The notes under the pieces: model-generated
Databases searched by the model: none
Told to the model about the DNA's origin: nothing
What the model saw: only the letters and a program-made list of their open reading frames with translations
Shown: positions 23,919 to 37,333 of the stretch, piece by piece
Layout of the letters: each line of letters starts with the position of its first letter
Position numbering within the stretch: position 1 is the stretch's first letter
DNA from: Spirogloea muscicola
Lineage: Eukaryota
Assembly (NCBI GenBank): GCA_009602725.1
Contig: WELB01000002.1
Span: 1,010,218 to 1,049,529 of the forward strand
Reading direction: 5' to 3'
DNA length: 39,312 bases
Program-made: the position numbers and the translations under genes

Positions 23919-24945
23919 CTACGCAAGCCGCTGGAGTAGGTCGAGCCAGCAAGTCCGAAGCGCCCCGTGGACGTCGACTGCAAGCGCTAGAAAGCCAGCC
24001 CGGAAAGAATAGACAAGGTCCTGAGAAAGAAAGACCATTTCAGAACTGGGCGATGGCTGTGATCTACTCTGACTACCCGCGCAGCGATCACCTCCTACCG
24101 GCGGCACTTTTGGCTGCATGGGCCCTCGCTTCCACAATTTACTGCAGAAAAAAGCAAGCTTGGGATACGCCCGACGTGAGGATATGCTTCCAGCTCAGAT
24201 GAGCATGCCGGCAGCATCCTTGTCATTCTTGCGTCGTCGACTGTCAGCATGTCTGCAGCGAGCTCAGGCTCATGCGTTGCATCAGAAAGCTGGTCGAGCC
24301 TTAGCTGGTAGCTCAAGAGCTTGTCGATTGCCGTCCGGTATTCGGGCATCAATAAGCGACCTTCTATGTGCTGACTCGTGGTTACTGAGCGGGTCAGCTT
24401 AGCAGCAGGTGACGTACATTTGTCAATGTGCTTGCCTTTGTACTTGGCCACACATGGCCCTCCATCTCTTTATACACACGCATTCCCAGCCAAAGGCCGG
24501 ATGCTGCTGAAATGACACAGCTATGCAAGTGACTACAGCAACTACTTATCTCTTCCTCGTAGCTCTTCGGGCTGGCATTTGATCACTTGCGAGCAGGCCG
24601 CGCCTTGGCTGCTGCCTCCAACTTCCAACAGGGCGACCGATTTCGCCCTTTAGTGTTTCTGATCTACACCTGCTGACTAGAGGGTTATTGAGCGCCCACT
24701 CGCAGGAGTCATGCAGAGTACTTTCGTGCTTTTGCCAAAGCAAGCCCGTACAGAACATGTAAGACGAACAAAGCAAACATCTAACAACCTGAGTGTGCAT
24801 TGAGTGATGAGGGCCTGAGTGCGCGAGTATACGAAGGCAAGCACACTGACAGATATACACCGCCTGAGATAAGGTAACAGAATCAGATACAATACTGAAT
24901 TGGGGACTGTAGTACCCACGACTGAGCGCACATGCATCTGCCAGG
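23919..24945. mobile_element. Cluster 4: degenerate RLE retroelement fragments immediately upstream of MSH1
   Basis: Minus LAVDVHGALRTCWLDLLQRLA at ~23920-23990. Plus YSDYPRSD..LSFLRRRLSACLQRAQAHALHQKAGRALA..LTRGY* at ~24060-24388. Plus HLRAGRALAAASNFQQGD..SDLHLLTRG at ~24583-24690. Minus LSRGY at ~24912-24940. Confidence 0.85.
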
Positions 24946-24983
24946 CTTATCCGGCTACTCCGCAACCTTCACCGGAGCACCAG

Positions 24984-25013
<30 letters not shown>
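24984..25013 (+). repeat. (GCC)10 microsatellite near the MSH1 5' end
   Basis: Read directly from the sequence. Confidence 0.9.
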
Positions 25014-25015
<2 letters not shown>

Positions 25016-25041
25016 CAAGCCGAGCTGCAGGAGGGCACAGN

Positions 25042-28000
25042 CCGGTGGCGACGGCCCGTTGGCTCAGCAGCGGCGGCGGCGGTGGCGGTGGCGGCGGATG
25101 TGGCGGCCGCACTGCGTGGCTGCAGCCGCCGACGGTGCTGGAGCCTTGGGGTGGGAGCTCGGCGGCCGAGCCTCCCCGCGCCGGGGGAGTCCAGGCGCCA
25201 CTTCCGCCACCGCGTCTGGGCGGCCGGGCGAGTCGCCGGCGGCCGCAGGGCCGCCGACGCCGCCGCCGCCGTCGGGCAGCAGCTGCGCAAGGAGGACCTC
25301 CCACACCTCCAGCTCTGGCAAGAGGTCTGCTCTAGACTCTGGCTCTCAAACATAACTCCAGACGTCAGGCTCCATCGTCAAATGCCAAGGCCGTCCTCAT
25401 TTTTCAAAAGCCTTCGCTTCAATGCGTAAGTCCGCTCTGCTCCATCACAGATTGACCGTCGTCGACAGGATTCTCTGCTCTATCACAAGTCATCTATCGT
25501 GAACCTCAACCACGATGATGCTCGGACAGGCCCTAGTAGTGATGTCCGGATATATTCCACGCCCTCGGATCACCTTACGACTCCAGCCGAGGAGCTGCTC
25601 GCTAGCGCTAGGAGGGACTGCAATGTTGGCCTCCGCAAGACGGTGCCTGCTTGTACGGGGGCTTGCAGTCCGACCTCGGCTGATGCAACTCAAGTTCGCT
25701 TGGAGTGTCAGGCGGGTTGCCTCAAGGAGAGCTGGAATGCTGAAATTGTCCATTCCAGCTTGTCAGAGGTGCCTTATTGTACAGTAGAGTAGTGAGCTTC
25801 ACACTCTCTGCCCGTTCTTAACCGCCCCTTCTGAAGAGAGGCTGATAGTCAGCTGAAGTTGTCGAAGTCTCTCTCTTCAAGTCTCTAGTGCACATGACAG
25901 AAGAGAAGTGTCCTCCATCAATTGGACACTGCTCCACTGCTGTCAAATCAGTGACCTATCTGAGCACCCAAAGACCCCAATTCCGAGATAAGGTCATTCC
26001 CACATGGGCAAACGAAAGAATGGAATCCATTACTGAGCAAGATGTTGCTATCTGGATGCATTGTGGCTGGACCAGAGGGTGGCCCAGTGCAGCAAGGCGG
26101 CAGTCAAGGAGATGCAGAAGCGTTTAGCATACACCAACTTGCTGGGAGTTGATGCCAGTCTCAAGAATGGGACGCTCAAGGAGGGGTCCATCAATTCAGA
26201 GATCCTGGAGACCAAACGCAAATTCCCTCGCGAGGTCGTCCTCTGCCGGGTAAGCGCTGACCCAGCAAGCAAGAGGCACCATGTGAATGTAATATTGGTC
26301 GCTCATTGCCAATTTCTGTGGTAGTGGAGGAGTGTGAGCCCCTGATTTCGTAAATGCACGTCTGCACAACTCAGAGCCATCAGCCCGATTTGACCAGTGC
26401 TCAGTGCTATCAAGCTCATGCGGAGCCTCTTTGTCACCTACTGGCTGCCTCGGACGGTCCACTTTTCTTTCTGCTCTGCAGATTGGGGAGTTTTACGAGG
26501 CTGTGGGTTTTGATGCCTGCATGCTTGTGGAGCATGCGGGGCTCAATCCTATGGGCGGGGCTCGTGCCGACAACATCCCCAAGGCCGGGTGCCCTGTCCT
26601 GGTAAGCCATGCAGCTGTGCTGCTTGTAATGATGGACCCAGAGATGCGGCAGTCAACAAGTTGTAGAGCACTGAGTCGCCACAGGTATCTGGTCAGAGAG
26701 TCGTGTCTGAATGTTGTCATGCATGAGTCACAGTTTTGAGTCGAAGAGAAGGTCTGCACATGTTCTGGCTGGACCCTTGCTTGGCTTTGCACTCACTGCT
26801 GTATCAAATAAGCCTGCGCCTGACTTCTCGCCCAGTGCAGCGACAAGCTTAGGAGCTCAGCTTGTTATGTCACCTTCTTCTCTGCAGAACCTGAGGCAGA
26901 CCTTGGACTCGCTGACCAGTGTGGGCCTTTCAGTATGCATCATGGAGGAGGCTTCTGGTCCTACTGTGGCCAGGCAGAGGAAGAACCGCTTCATCTCTGG
27001 GTAACTGCTACACTCACTCACGTCCTGGATTGAAATTGCTAGAGTCCAACCCCTTTAACACAGCAGCTAAAATCAGATAAGTGTTTGTCCTGGTTGTCCG
27101 TTTACTTTCAACATGCTGCCGGATGTACCATCAGGTCTTCGCTTGCCAATTTTTCTTTATCAGGCATGCTCACCCAGGGAGTCCTTATGTGTACGGCTTG
27201 GCGGCCGCTGACATTGATGTGCAGTTTCCAGAACCGCTACCAGTTGTTGGTGAGTCTAATACAAGCATGCTATCACCTCTACAGAGTGCTTCCGCAGGCT
27301 TTTGTGGTGCTCCTTGCTAGTATTCGGATGCCCTCCTCACCTGTCTAGCAATATTTATGCCCTATTGCTTCTGTAACATGTACAAGTCACGTCGGCATCC
27401 TACCTAGTTGCGGACCGTCTCTTGCTTGTGTCACGTATATTTGCTGAATTGGTTACTGATTGCTTTTTTCAAGACAGAGCCTCGCCACGCCAATGTTTAT
27501 ATGCAGGACTGGCTAGGAGCAGTCGTGGATACATTGTTGTGAGCATCACCGAGCTCCTTCGGACATATTCCATGGAGGAAGGCTTGACTGAGGAGGGCGT
27601 GATAGCCAAGCTCAGGTCAAAGGGCTACCAGAGGCTCTTCCTCCATTTGACCATGGGAAATACGTTGGACGGTACTGCTTGTGTTCCTTATCCTGCCTGT
27701 GCGAGCAGTGAATGTTCAGGCGCATATGACTGCCGCTGGAACACATGGCAATAAGAGGAAGCAATTGTTCAAACTTATGGGCTTGGTAGGTAGATTGCAA
27801 ACTCACAACACTAGTTTTCTTACGAGTAATACCAGACCGATCTGGTGCACCTGGCAGGGACTGCCAAGTGGGCAGAGTCGGGCGAGGGGGGCCTCTTGTG
27901 GGCGGAGTGCCATGGGAAGCCTTATGACTGGTATCAGGGGGACCCGCTCCTCCAGCTGCAGGACGAGGTGTGCCGCATGTTTGACCTGCCGCTGCAGGAG

Positions 28001-31000
28001 CCATTTCGGCTCATCGCTCCGCCAGCCGGCGATCGCATCCGGCCACTCTACGTCTCCACAGCCAGTCAGATTGGCATCCTGACAACGCCCGGCGTCCCTT
28101 CTCTCATTCGCTCCCTCCTCCCTGCAGACCTCGAGAGCCGCGGCCTCTGCGAAGCGTAACCCCTTGGCTCCTCTCTGTCCTGCAGTGCTCTTGATTTTGG
28201 CAAGCCTATATTGTCCCGCAGCATCAGCAACCTTCATTACCGCCTCACTTGTTTTCAACTGCCATGGTGACAAGCTTATTCTAGCTGATCTCTGTAGAAC
28301 ATTGTGATTCCAGTGTCAGTGCGGTCCCTATGAGTTATTTTCATCTGTTGAATTGTTGAACACTGAGGGACAAATTTCATTCAGAAACGCAATGCTTCTG
28401 GTGTGCAGATACTTACGCGACCTGCTTCTCAATCCGCCTCCGCAGCCCATTGCGCGCTCCATCCAGGCGGCGAGCAAACTTATGTGCCAACTGTTGACGC
28501 CAGTGCCTTCCTTCACATGCGTTTCTAGTGCAAAGGTGAGGTCGTTTGAGTTTTGCTCACACGAACCAAGCAATAGCGTTGCCGCGGCGGCAATTGCTTT
28601 CTACCCGTCAATAAGGAGTTGGAGATAGAGTCACAAAGCTGAGCAATCCTTAGCAGACTCACAGAGTTGCAAACATGGAAGATAGCTGGAGATTGCTGAG
28701 TCTGTAGTCGAGCCACGTGCATGTGCGTGTTGGGCAACTCTGTGAGGAGCTGATTGCCTCCTTGGCAAGCGGAGGCTGAACCGTGTGATGGCACAAGTGC
28801 ACCATGAAAAGTGTGGTGGCCCAAATGCACCAACAGTATACATGGTACATTGCAAAGAGGCCCTGTCGGCAGCACGGGTACAACCCCACTGGAGGGTGCT
28901 TGAGCCATCACAATGTGCAATTGCCGCTTGTTAGTATTAGGGGCCCAATGATGCATCTCCACAGAGTACACCCCCAGCATGCACTTACACTTGAATCAGC
29001 CACTTAGTTCCGCATTTGCCAGCTATTCTTGACAGCCAAATGTCGTCTATGACTATGTGAAGGGCCAATAGGATGAGGGAGCTTTCATGTAACATAGGAC
29101 CCCAGATAAGGCAATCATCAACAGAGCGGGCTACTCCTTTGGAGTATTCATGGAATTTGTTGCTCTGCTCTCTCATTTGTTGCTGTTCCTCTTGTCGCAC
29201 CTCAAGAGTGAAACAGATGGTGAAGCTTATCCGAGATAGGGAGGCAAATCATGTGGAGCTTGCGCGGGTGTGCCAGCTGGCCGAGGACTTCCTCTGCATG
29301 CATGCCAGCGCCGACCTGCGACCCATTGCGGAGTTGCTCCTTGACCCAACGTGGCTTGCCGCTGGCATCCACTTCAACAATGAGCAGCTGGTGGCCCACT
29401 AATCTGATCCGCAGTCAGGAAACTTCTTAGCATCGTTCTAGTTTCGTGTGGGCTTGACATCATGAGCAAACCTGGTACACTTAGTCCGCTGGCAGTGCCT
29501 TGCATAGCAGTATAATTTGCAGATATAAGTCAGACTGTAGTCTCATGGTCATTGAAAACCTTTAGGGTCCTGTTGATTTGCTGCTGCAGTTGGACGACTG
29601 CCAGTATATCGTGGCCAAGGTGAATGATGTGCTGGCGGTGCCAGAGGACCCTGAACAAGCGGTCAGCGTGAGCGAGCACATCCCGGACGACTTCTTCATG
29701 GATCATGAGCGCTCATGGAAGGGCAAGGTTATGCGGAAGCACGCTGCTGAGGCATTTGCAAATGTGGACGAGGCCGCAGCTGCCTTGCACAACACGGTGA
29801 CTGAATTGTGCTGCTTGCTCCTTGCTTCTGCGTAGATAGTAGAAAATTATATGTGTCTATTGCACATTCGTATCTGCATATGTCATTCTGGTGACTTGTT
29901 GCATGGGTTGAGGTATTTACAACGAGTACATCATGATTGATGTCTGTCAAGTGAAGTGGATGCTCTGGCTCTTGTTGGCTGCTGCCAGGTGACCGCCGAC
30001 TTTCTCCCCGTGATCGAGAGGCTGCGGAGCCTGGTTGGACCAGCGTTAGTTACCATCGCTGGGCGCGCTGAGGTCTGCTACCACCGGGAACAGGGGTTCG
30101 TGCTGCTCAAGGCCAAGGGACTGCGCCGCCTATTGGGGGTGAGCACGGACCACTTGTCTGCCTCGCGGGAGACGTTTGCCCAGCTGATTCACCCCGTTGA
30201 CAACAAGGGGAAGCGCATGGGCGATGACTGGCACACTACGCCGACAATTGATGGTGCGGTGCGCAGGTAAGCTCAGGAGAGGCTTGTTAAGTCCTGGACT
30301 GCAACCCTTGGTCACGTTAGCCATGCTCATATGGCTTCAATGAGTCTGACTGGCCTGGTCATGCTTCTGACCAGGTACCACGCTGCAGTTGAAGCGGCGG
30401 GAGAGGCTGTGGTGGGCGCCCTGCGCCATCTGACTGGGGACCTCCAGGAGAAGTTGAACAGCATCGTTGCCCTCACGGCATTCTCCACAATCTGCAAGAC
30501 ACTATTTGAGCATGTTCGGTACGATGCAGCAACACTGTTGCCCTCCTTGACTTCCTGCAGATTGACAGCTTAAGATAGACGTGGACTTCTGTGGTCGCTA
30601 GCGTCTCTTATGGCTGTACGTGACTGGCGCCATTTGAATTCTGTCTGACACACTCATTGAGCGTTGACGTTGTTGCTGCCTGGTGTCCCCCATGCAGTGA
30701 GAGTCAACGTAAGGGCTGGACGTATCCTACACTTGTTGACAAACCCAGCTCCAAACAGAAGAGCCCTGCTGTCGAAGACCAAGAACTGCGCTTTGAGGGC
30801 CTCGTGCCCTTCTGGCTGGAGCCAATCAGCGGCAGGCAGGTGGCCAATGACATTGCCATGTCGTCTATTTTCTTGCTCACTGGGCCCAACGGTGGTGGCA
30901 AGTCCTCGCTCTTGCGGTCAACTTGCGCAGCAGCGCTGCTGGCCAGCTGTGGGCTGGCTGTGCCGGCAAAGTCCGGCATTGTCCCGCCGCTGGACCTGGT

Positions 31001-33101
31001 GATTATCAGGATGATGTCAGCTGACAGCCCTGCTGATGGGAAAAGCTCCTTCCAGGTACTACCTTAGAATAATTTGTCCTACATTCATTGAGATTCATCA
31101 CAGTGGCATCAGCCTCCGTCACCCTCTTGCTCAAGTCATTACAGATCAGCTAGTCATTTGGCTAGAGCAGCTAGAAGATCAAGTGTACATCAATGTCATC
31201 GTCCACTAACCGCCACGGAGAAATTGGATGGACAATTTCAAGAAATTATGGTGAACTGTGAAAATCTCAGTTGCACATGGGCTGCAGGTAGAGATGGCGG
31301 AGCTGCGGACAATTGAGGTGGAGGCGACAGCGCGCAGCCTCGTGTTCGTGGACGAGCTCTGCAAGGGCACGGAGGTGACCAAGGGCACGGCCATTGCAGC
31401 GGCAGTGCTGGAGGCGCTAGCAGCGCGCCGCTGCCTTGGCATCTTCTCGACGCACCTCCATGGCCTGCTCGACCACTGGGCCATAGGGACAGTGCCAAGC
31501 GGGTGGAATGATGGCGGTCAGCGGGTGGTCCGAAAGGCCATGGGGACAACCGTGCAGGATGATGGCCGGCGTGTGCCCACGTGGGTGCTCAGCGACGGCG
31601 AGTGCCGCGAGAGCCTGGCGTTTGAGGTTGCTCGGCAGGAGGGCGTCAGCAGCGAGCTTGTGACGCGCGCTAAGCAGATCTACCATGAGATGACGCATGA
31701 CGAGACCACCAACACAAATCATTCCAATCAGTCGGAGGAAACCGCTTCAGCGCAAGTTGCCCCGGCGGTCCTTGCCAAGAACGACGCCATCGTTAGAGTG
31801 CCGCAGCGGAAGGTGGTCAAAGACAGTGCTAAAGGCAGGGCCAAGGGCCGACGAGCTGCGGCAGTCTTGCTGGAGGAGGACATTGTGCTTACAGCCAATC
31901 CCAACCCTGAAACTGCAGCTGATATCAGTGAACAAGTTGAAGTAATTCTAACTGTCAACAGCCACAGAGGAGGTGAGAAGGTGGACACACAAGTACAGCA
32001 GTTGGAAGCTGAATGTGCCTTGTCGTCACAGACTGACAGTGAAGGTGGCGGTTGCAATGGAAGCTACCTCAGCTCTTTGGAAACGCTGATCGGCTCCAAC
32101 GGCTCATCATTGCAATTTGTGATTGAACCATCATCAACATGCAGCACCTATGCCACCAGGCCAGCAGAGGCTGGCACTGTCACAGAAACAGTACAGAAGA
32201 GCAATTCGGCAGAGAGCAAGGTGGCATGCAATACAAGCAGCAAGGGTATAATGATGGACCCATAGCTGTCGGAGCTGCTTATCAATACCCAACTCCATGA
32301 CACGTGCTGCATATTGTGATTTTCCTTAAGCAAGCTTCAGGGCCAGGGGACTTTAATGACATTCTCAGTATCAAGTAGACACTCAGTTTCCAGTGGTCCG
32401 CCCTGCAGTCTGTATAGGTGACCTGCACTTGGTGATGGCGGTCTGTGGTCATCTTGTTATAACAACCTGCGCAGGAACCTCGATGCAGCATCCCAACTCG
32501 CAGCAAGTGGCCGTCTCCTTCAACCTGACTGAGCTGGGCGGCCTCCTCTTGGCGAGCTACGGCAACCAAGAGCTTGAGTGGCAGATTGTGATGCCGCGTC
32601 AGGTGCCACCGCCGGCAGCCGTCAGTCAGTCCTGCGTCTATGTCATCCACAGGCCTGACAATCGATTCTATGTTGGCCAGGTAATTTACCCATTGCCTGG
32701 GCGGTCACCTAGCACACTGCATGATTCTGGGGTGAATTGCAATCTTCTTGCTCTCAGCAGATCCTTCAAAAAATATAGAGTGGACCACATATACATGCAA
32801 GTTGACTCAAATCCGTGGTAACCTAGCTACTCCACATGCCTTGACAAGAGGCCTCCTGTTGCGCGGGCTGGTGATCCAGACGGACAATATCTGGGGGAGG
32901 ATCAGGGCGCACCGCGCTAAGGGGCTACGTGGGGCAATCATTGCATATGTGCGGATGCCGGACATGAGCGCAGCGCGCTCTCTAGAGACCGTACTGATTG
33001 GCCTGCTGCAGGCGCGCGGGGTTTTGCTCACCAACACGGGGGATGCGTCGCACCGACATTTCGGGCTCCGCAACATCCTCATCACAGAACCACCCTTCTG
33101 A
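25042..33101 (+). CDS. MSH1: Plant organellar MutS homolog 1 (MutS + C-terminal GIY-YIG), ~16 exons; start uncertain (N at 25041)
   Basis: Spliced LRKEDLPHLQLWQE|RVAQC..YTNLLGVD..FPREVVLCR|IGEFYEAVGFDAC..IPKAGCPVL|NLRQTLD..RFISG|HAHPGSPYVYGL. Also P-loop LLTGPNGGGKSSLLR, DSPADGKSSFQ|VEM, FVDELCKGTE, FSTHLH, and GIY-YIG CVYVIHRPDNRFYVGQ|TDNIWGRIRAHR. Confidence 0.97.
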
Positions 33102-33641
33102 GAATCCCGTCACTTGAACGCGCCGCTTACTGTTGGTCTAGCTTAGGTCTTCCATGTGTATCACCACCTTCTGTGACTTAGGTATGTCTTGCGTAGCTAA
33201 GACAATTTGCGCCAGAGCTAAGTGTCTGTTGTTCTTAAATAATCTAAATGATAGTGTGCCATTGCCCATTGCAAGGCCATCATTGCTAGCTTTCACGGCA
33301 GCAGAAGAAATGCAAAATGATCGGATGCCATTGCCTGTTCAAGAAATCCTTAAATCAGCTCACTTACAGCGAAGCTGGATGGCAAAAGGAAGAACCGTCA
33401 CACTACAGCTTGCATTATCCTTGGCAGGATCTAGGAGATCACCTAATGATGCACTTGCCGTTGCACACGCAAAAGAATGCTATGATCTTCCACTGATCTT
33501 CCACCGCAGCTAAGATGACGGGTGCAAGTGAGAGGTGAGAGGCCATGGGCAATGGCCTCTTGCTTGCATTGTCACAGGCCTCTACTGTGGTAGGTCCGTG
33601 GTGGAACTGCATTTGTTTGCTTGCACCTTCTTCCAGAGCTT

Positions 33642-35998
33642 TCAGAACTTTGCTGGTGCACCAATTTTGAAGACAACCTTGCCAATCGCTTTGCGATGGA
33701 GCAGTGCTTGAAATGCCTTGTCAGCCTGTCAATGAAAGACACATGGATGAAAGCCCAGCCAGCAGATGCCGATGAAGTGCACAGTGCTCTATCTAACGAG
33801 GCAGGACATTCAGATGCCATGGCATTACCTCCGATAGCGCGTAACAATGAGAGATGTTGACGGTGAGGTAACCGTCTGCCAGCCACTGGAGAAGCTGTGT
33901 CATACTACGGCGCAGGACGGACGGGTTGTTCTTCATATAGCTTCCCCAGAATAGCCCATGAATCGTCAGATTCTGCCACAAACCCAACCACGTAAGGCCT
34001 CCCACTGATCCACGCAGCATGCCTGATGATTAGAAGGCTCACACGAGCTCATTAAGGATGTGCTGACTTGCAGCTTCAAGGTGACTGAAGTGACTGGACA
34101 CTCAGTTACCTTCACCAGGGCAATGTTGGCCTGGATGCTCGGTATGTCTCCGCTTGCAAAGCCGATAATCACGACCTGAGCGCCCCAGTTGAGGAGCCTC
34201 AAAGCCTCCTTGAAGTGAGACCCTCCCACTGGATCATAGAGAACGTCAACGCCCCTCAGCTTCCTGAGTCGAAGGAACTCTTTGACACTTGTGTGCAAGT
34301 TCGTTTTGCCAGTATCAATGGCACAATCAGCTCCAATGCTCTCAAGGAGAGCCACCTTCTCCTGTCCTCTGCTATCACAGCGAGTGCAAGGACGTCACTC
34401 TACTGATGGGTACTGTGCGCAGCCTAGACAGCTTGTGGATTGAAAGCTGATACAAGGTTTCTCTGTCACTTGTGGAGCAGTGGACTTGGGGTTCAGGGCA
34501 CCATCCAGTTGAATCCAGCTAGATCTGGCAGCAGCCTGACCTGGCAGCAGCAATCACTACAGCCCCAAATAGCTTCCCTATTTGTACAGCTGCAAGCCCA
34601 ACCCCTCCAGCTGCTCCTAGCACCAAAAGCACCTACATGAACATGTCCTGTAAGCCTTCCTAAAGTAGTAGCCTACTTGCAGCTCAAGGGAACTATTTGC
34701 TTGACCAGTACCTTGCAACACAATCTGCTGTGCGTTTGTATCAGACCTTTCTCGCTCTCTGCACATGCACATCATGATAAAATGGTGCTCTGGAATAGAT
34801 CACCTGTCCTGCTTGCAGCCCAGCTCTGTGGATGAGACCAACATGAGAAGTGCCGAATGCTATCGGCAATCCAGCAGAAGGCAGCAAGTCGCACTTCTCT
34901 GGAAGGGGAAAGCTGGAAAGTTGCAAAACACATTATCAGCTGGCCATTGCACGAGATTTATGGTGCTAGATGGCAAGCTCATGATAGGTTTACTGGCATG
35001 CTCCTGCTCTAGAGGATTGAAAAGTCAGCTGGGATGCTGGGCACCCAAGGACAAGTCAAGAATGGCATCCCCACGCAGCAGCAATTCAAGCTGCAGGACT
35101 GGAGTCTCATAGCTTACACAGCTGCCTCGTCAGCAAATACCTCCTCCGCGTAGCCGCCGCCCCCTGTCACTGCGCACACTCTGTCACCTGCTTTGACGCT
35201 CTTCACGTTGGCCCCAACCTCCAGCACAACTCCTGAAACCTCAGACCCAGGAACATAAGGGAGGGTCGGCCTTTCCTAGATCAGCAAGTTGCACTCGTGG
35301 TCAGAAGCCGACAATTAGTGATAAACTTGTGAAGGGATTCACATCAGAAGACAACATAACAAAGAAATGACTCATGCACCGCAGCAGGCCTTGACCAGAC
35401 AAATCATACTGACTCGCACGGCTCAGCGATAAGCAGACAGAAAAGGCAACAGCTGCTTCTTCGTTGCTCTTTAAGATGTTGTTTAATATGTAAGAATCAA
35501 CAAAGAACAGTTGAATGCGTGGATATGGTACAAAAGAGAGTTGCAGAGTGGGTCTTACCTGGTACTTGCCCATGATGATCAGAGCATCTGCAAAGTTGAT
35601 GCTGGCAGCAGCAACCTTTATGTGGATGGAACTCTCGTGCGGCAGCCTTCTCGGGCGGGGAAAGTCCTCCTCCAGGCTTAGAGGCGAGTCCTGCTCGGCA
35701 ACTCGTACAGCAGAGTCACAACAACCATCATGTTGTGCTTCTGCCTTCAACTACTGCATTAGGTTACTGGCAGCCCAAATATCTGACCTAAGGTGGGCTC
35801 GACGGACAGCATTTTCAAATGGTGTCGAGCGGGCGCGGAACAGCGAAGGCACAAGGCCACGCAGCATGTGGAACCCAGCACGATAGAACGCCATGCTGCA
35901 GGCGCACTGCCCAACAGATGACAGCCCTGCTGCACGCTCACCTCCGCGGACAGCGGCCCTGCTGGAATGCCAAGACGGCGACAGACGAGCGCGCGCAT
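33642..35998 (-). CDS. Zeta-crystallin / quinone oxidoreductase-like MDR protein (At3g56460-like), 8 exons
   Basis: Spliced MRALVCRRLG..IKVAAASINFADALIIMGKYQ|ERPTLPYVPGSEVSG..AGLPIAFGTSHVGLIHRA..LLVLGAAGGVGLAAVQIGK..GVDVLYDPVGG..IIGFASGDIP..|NLTIHGLFWGSY..RKAIGKVVFKIGAPAKF*. Confidence 0.93.
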
Positions 35999-36399
35999 GG
36001 TGCAGCCTTCAGCAGTGAATGTCGAGTGCTTGGCGGGTGCAGGCCCCAACAGCCTACAAGAAATCAATCAGTCAAGACTATGTGACAAATCGATGACCAA
36101 TTGATATCAATGCAGAGTTGACAGCCAGGCACAGAATCTGACAAAGCTTCTGTCTGGAAGGCTCTTCTGTCTGAGGGACAGCCTGTTGCAACAGCTCAAA
36201 AGGCGTGGCTCATGACGGGTTCAAGCAGGGCGGGGATGCTGCCAAGCCAGCAGGAGCGCTCCAGGCAGGCGAGCGAGTAGCCCGGCCTGCGGCCGCCGCC
36301 AGGCCGTTACCTGGCGGCGGCGGCGGCGGCAATGCGCAATGTGCACTTGGACTGCCCGAGGTGGTTGTGAATTCCGCGCAGGCTTTCCGGCCAATGCAG

Positions 36400-36905
36400 C
36401 TTTCGTGTATCTAGAAGGCCCAAGGGGCCAAGTACGGAGGCAAGCACATCCGATGACGTACAGTACCCACTGCGGATTGACCCGCTCAGTGGCCAAGTGG
36501 AGCTGGCAGCAGGTCCCCGCCACGCGCCCGCCCCGGCTGGCGGCCCGGCGCAGAAGAAGCAAGTGCTCGCCCATAGAGAAGAGGGGCTGGCAAAAGAGGA
36601 AGCGCTAAGAAACCAAAGCACACAAAGAAAGAAAGCAGCTACAAATTACTCAGTAACCCCTGCTAAGCAGCCGCAAATCAGAGAGGCTAGGGTCCTGGAA
36701 GTGGGTCCCCTGGACAGAGCCAGAGGCAGCAGCGAGGGCTCTCCCGGCACGAAGGTGCAGCGCACGGGCCATGGACCTCTGCAGCGAGACGGCCAAGCGC
36801 ATGCGATACACTTGCGCCAGCGACCCGGCTGGCAAAGCCAACCCAAAATGAATGTCCTATGGACAATGTCCAAAGCCAAAGAAAGAAGTGCCGAAAAAAG
36901 GACTT
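36400..36905 (-). mobile_element. Cluster 5a: minus-strand RLE retroelement 3' fragments
   Basis: AGSLAQVYRMRLAVSLQRSMARALHLRAGRALAAASG..SDLRLLSRGY* at 36650-36830, plus tails of the same subfamilies seen in clusters 2 and 4. Confidence 0.88.
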
Positions 36906-37070
36906 CACTGCAAAGCGCGAGACGGTGCAGAGAAAGATGCAGATGGATGCTCAGTATCCACGTGTGAGCAACAGCAGATCAGAGTGACTCGAAGCAGGAA
37001 AAGCGGCACTCTGCCGAGACCCGGAAGCAGCAGCCACAGCACGGCCAGCGCGCGCGTGGAACGCATAAGC

Positions 37071-37333
37071 CAAAGAAGAAAGCGCGGCCAGATTGACTGG
37101 TGGCTGGGAAAGGCCAGCCCAAAGGAATGGACAAGGTCTGAAGGAGCCGGAGTGCGAATGACGAGGACTAAGACATCAGCCAGGGAACTCTCAGTAACCT
37201 CTAGTCAGGAGATGCAAGTCTAAGTAGCTAGCCGGCAGATGTCGCTCTGACGGAAGCCGGAGGCCGCCGCCAAAGCTCGGCCTGCGCGCAAGTGAACCGC
37301 GAAGGCAAGGGACCGCTGCATCAAGATGGCCAA
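37071..37333 (-). mobile_element. Minus-strand 3' end of RLE retroelement (inverted arm)
   Basis: Reverse complement of 37740-37943, continuing into the complete 3' tail ending gcgctttcttcttt. It differs by a few substitutions and a 4-nt deletion. Confidence 0.92.

Noticed and set aside
24932..24934. ATG as the MSH1 start
   Set aside because: It lies in a minus-strand retroelement remnant and is in frame only if the N at 25041 is exactly one base; left unresolved.
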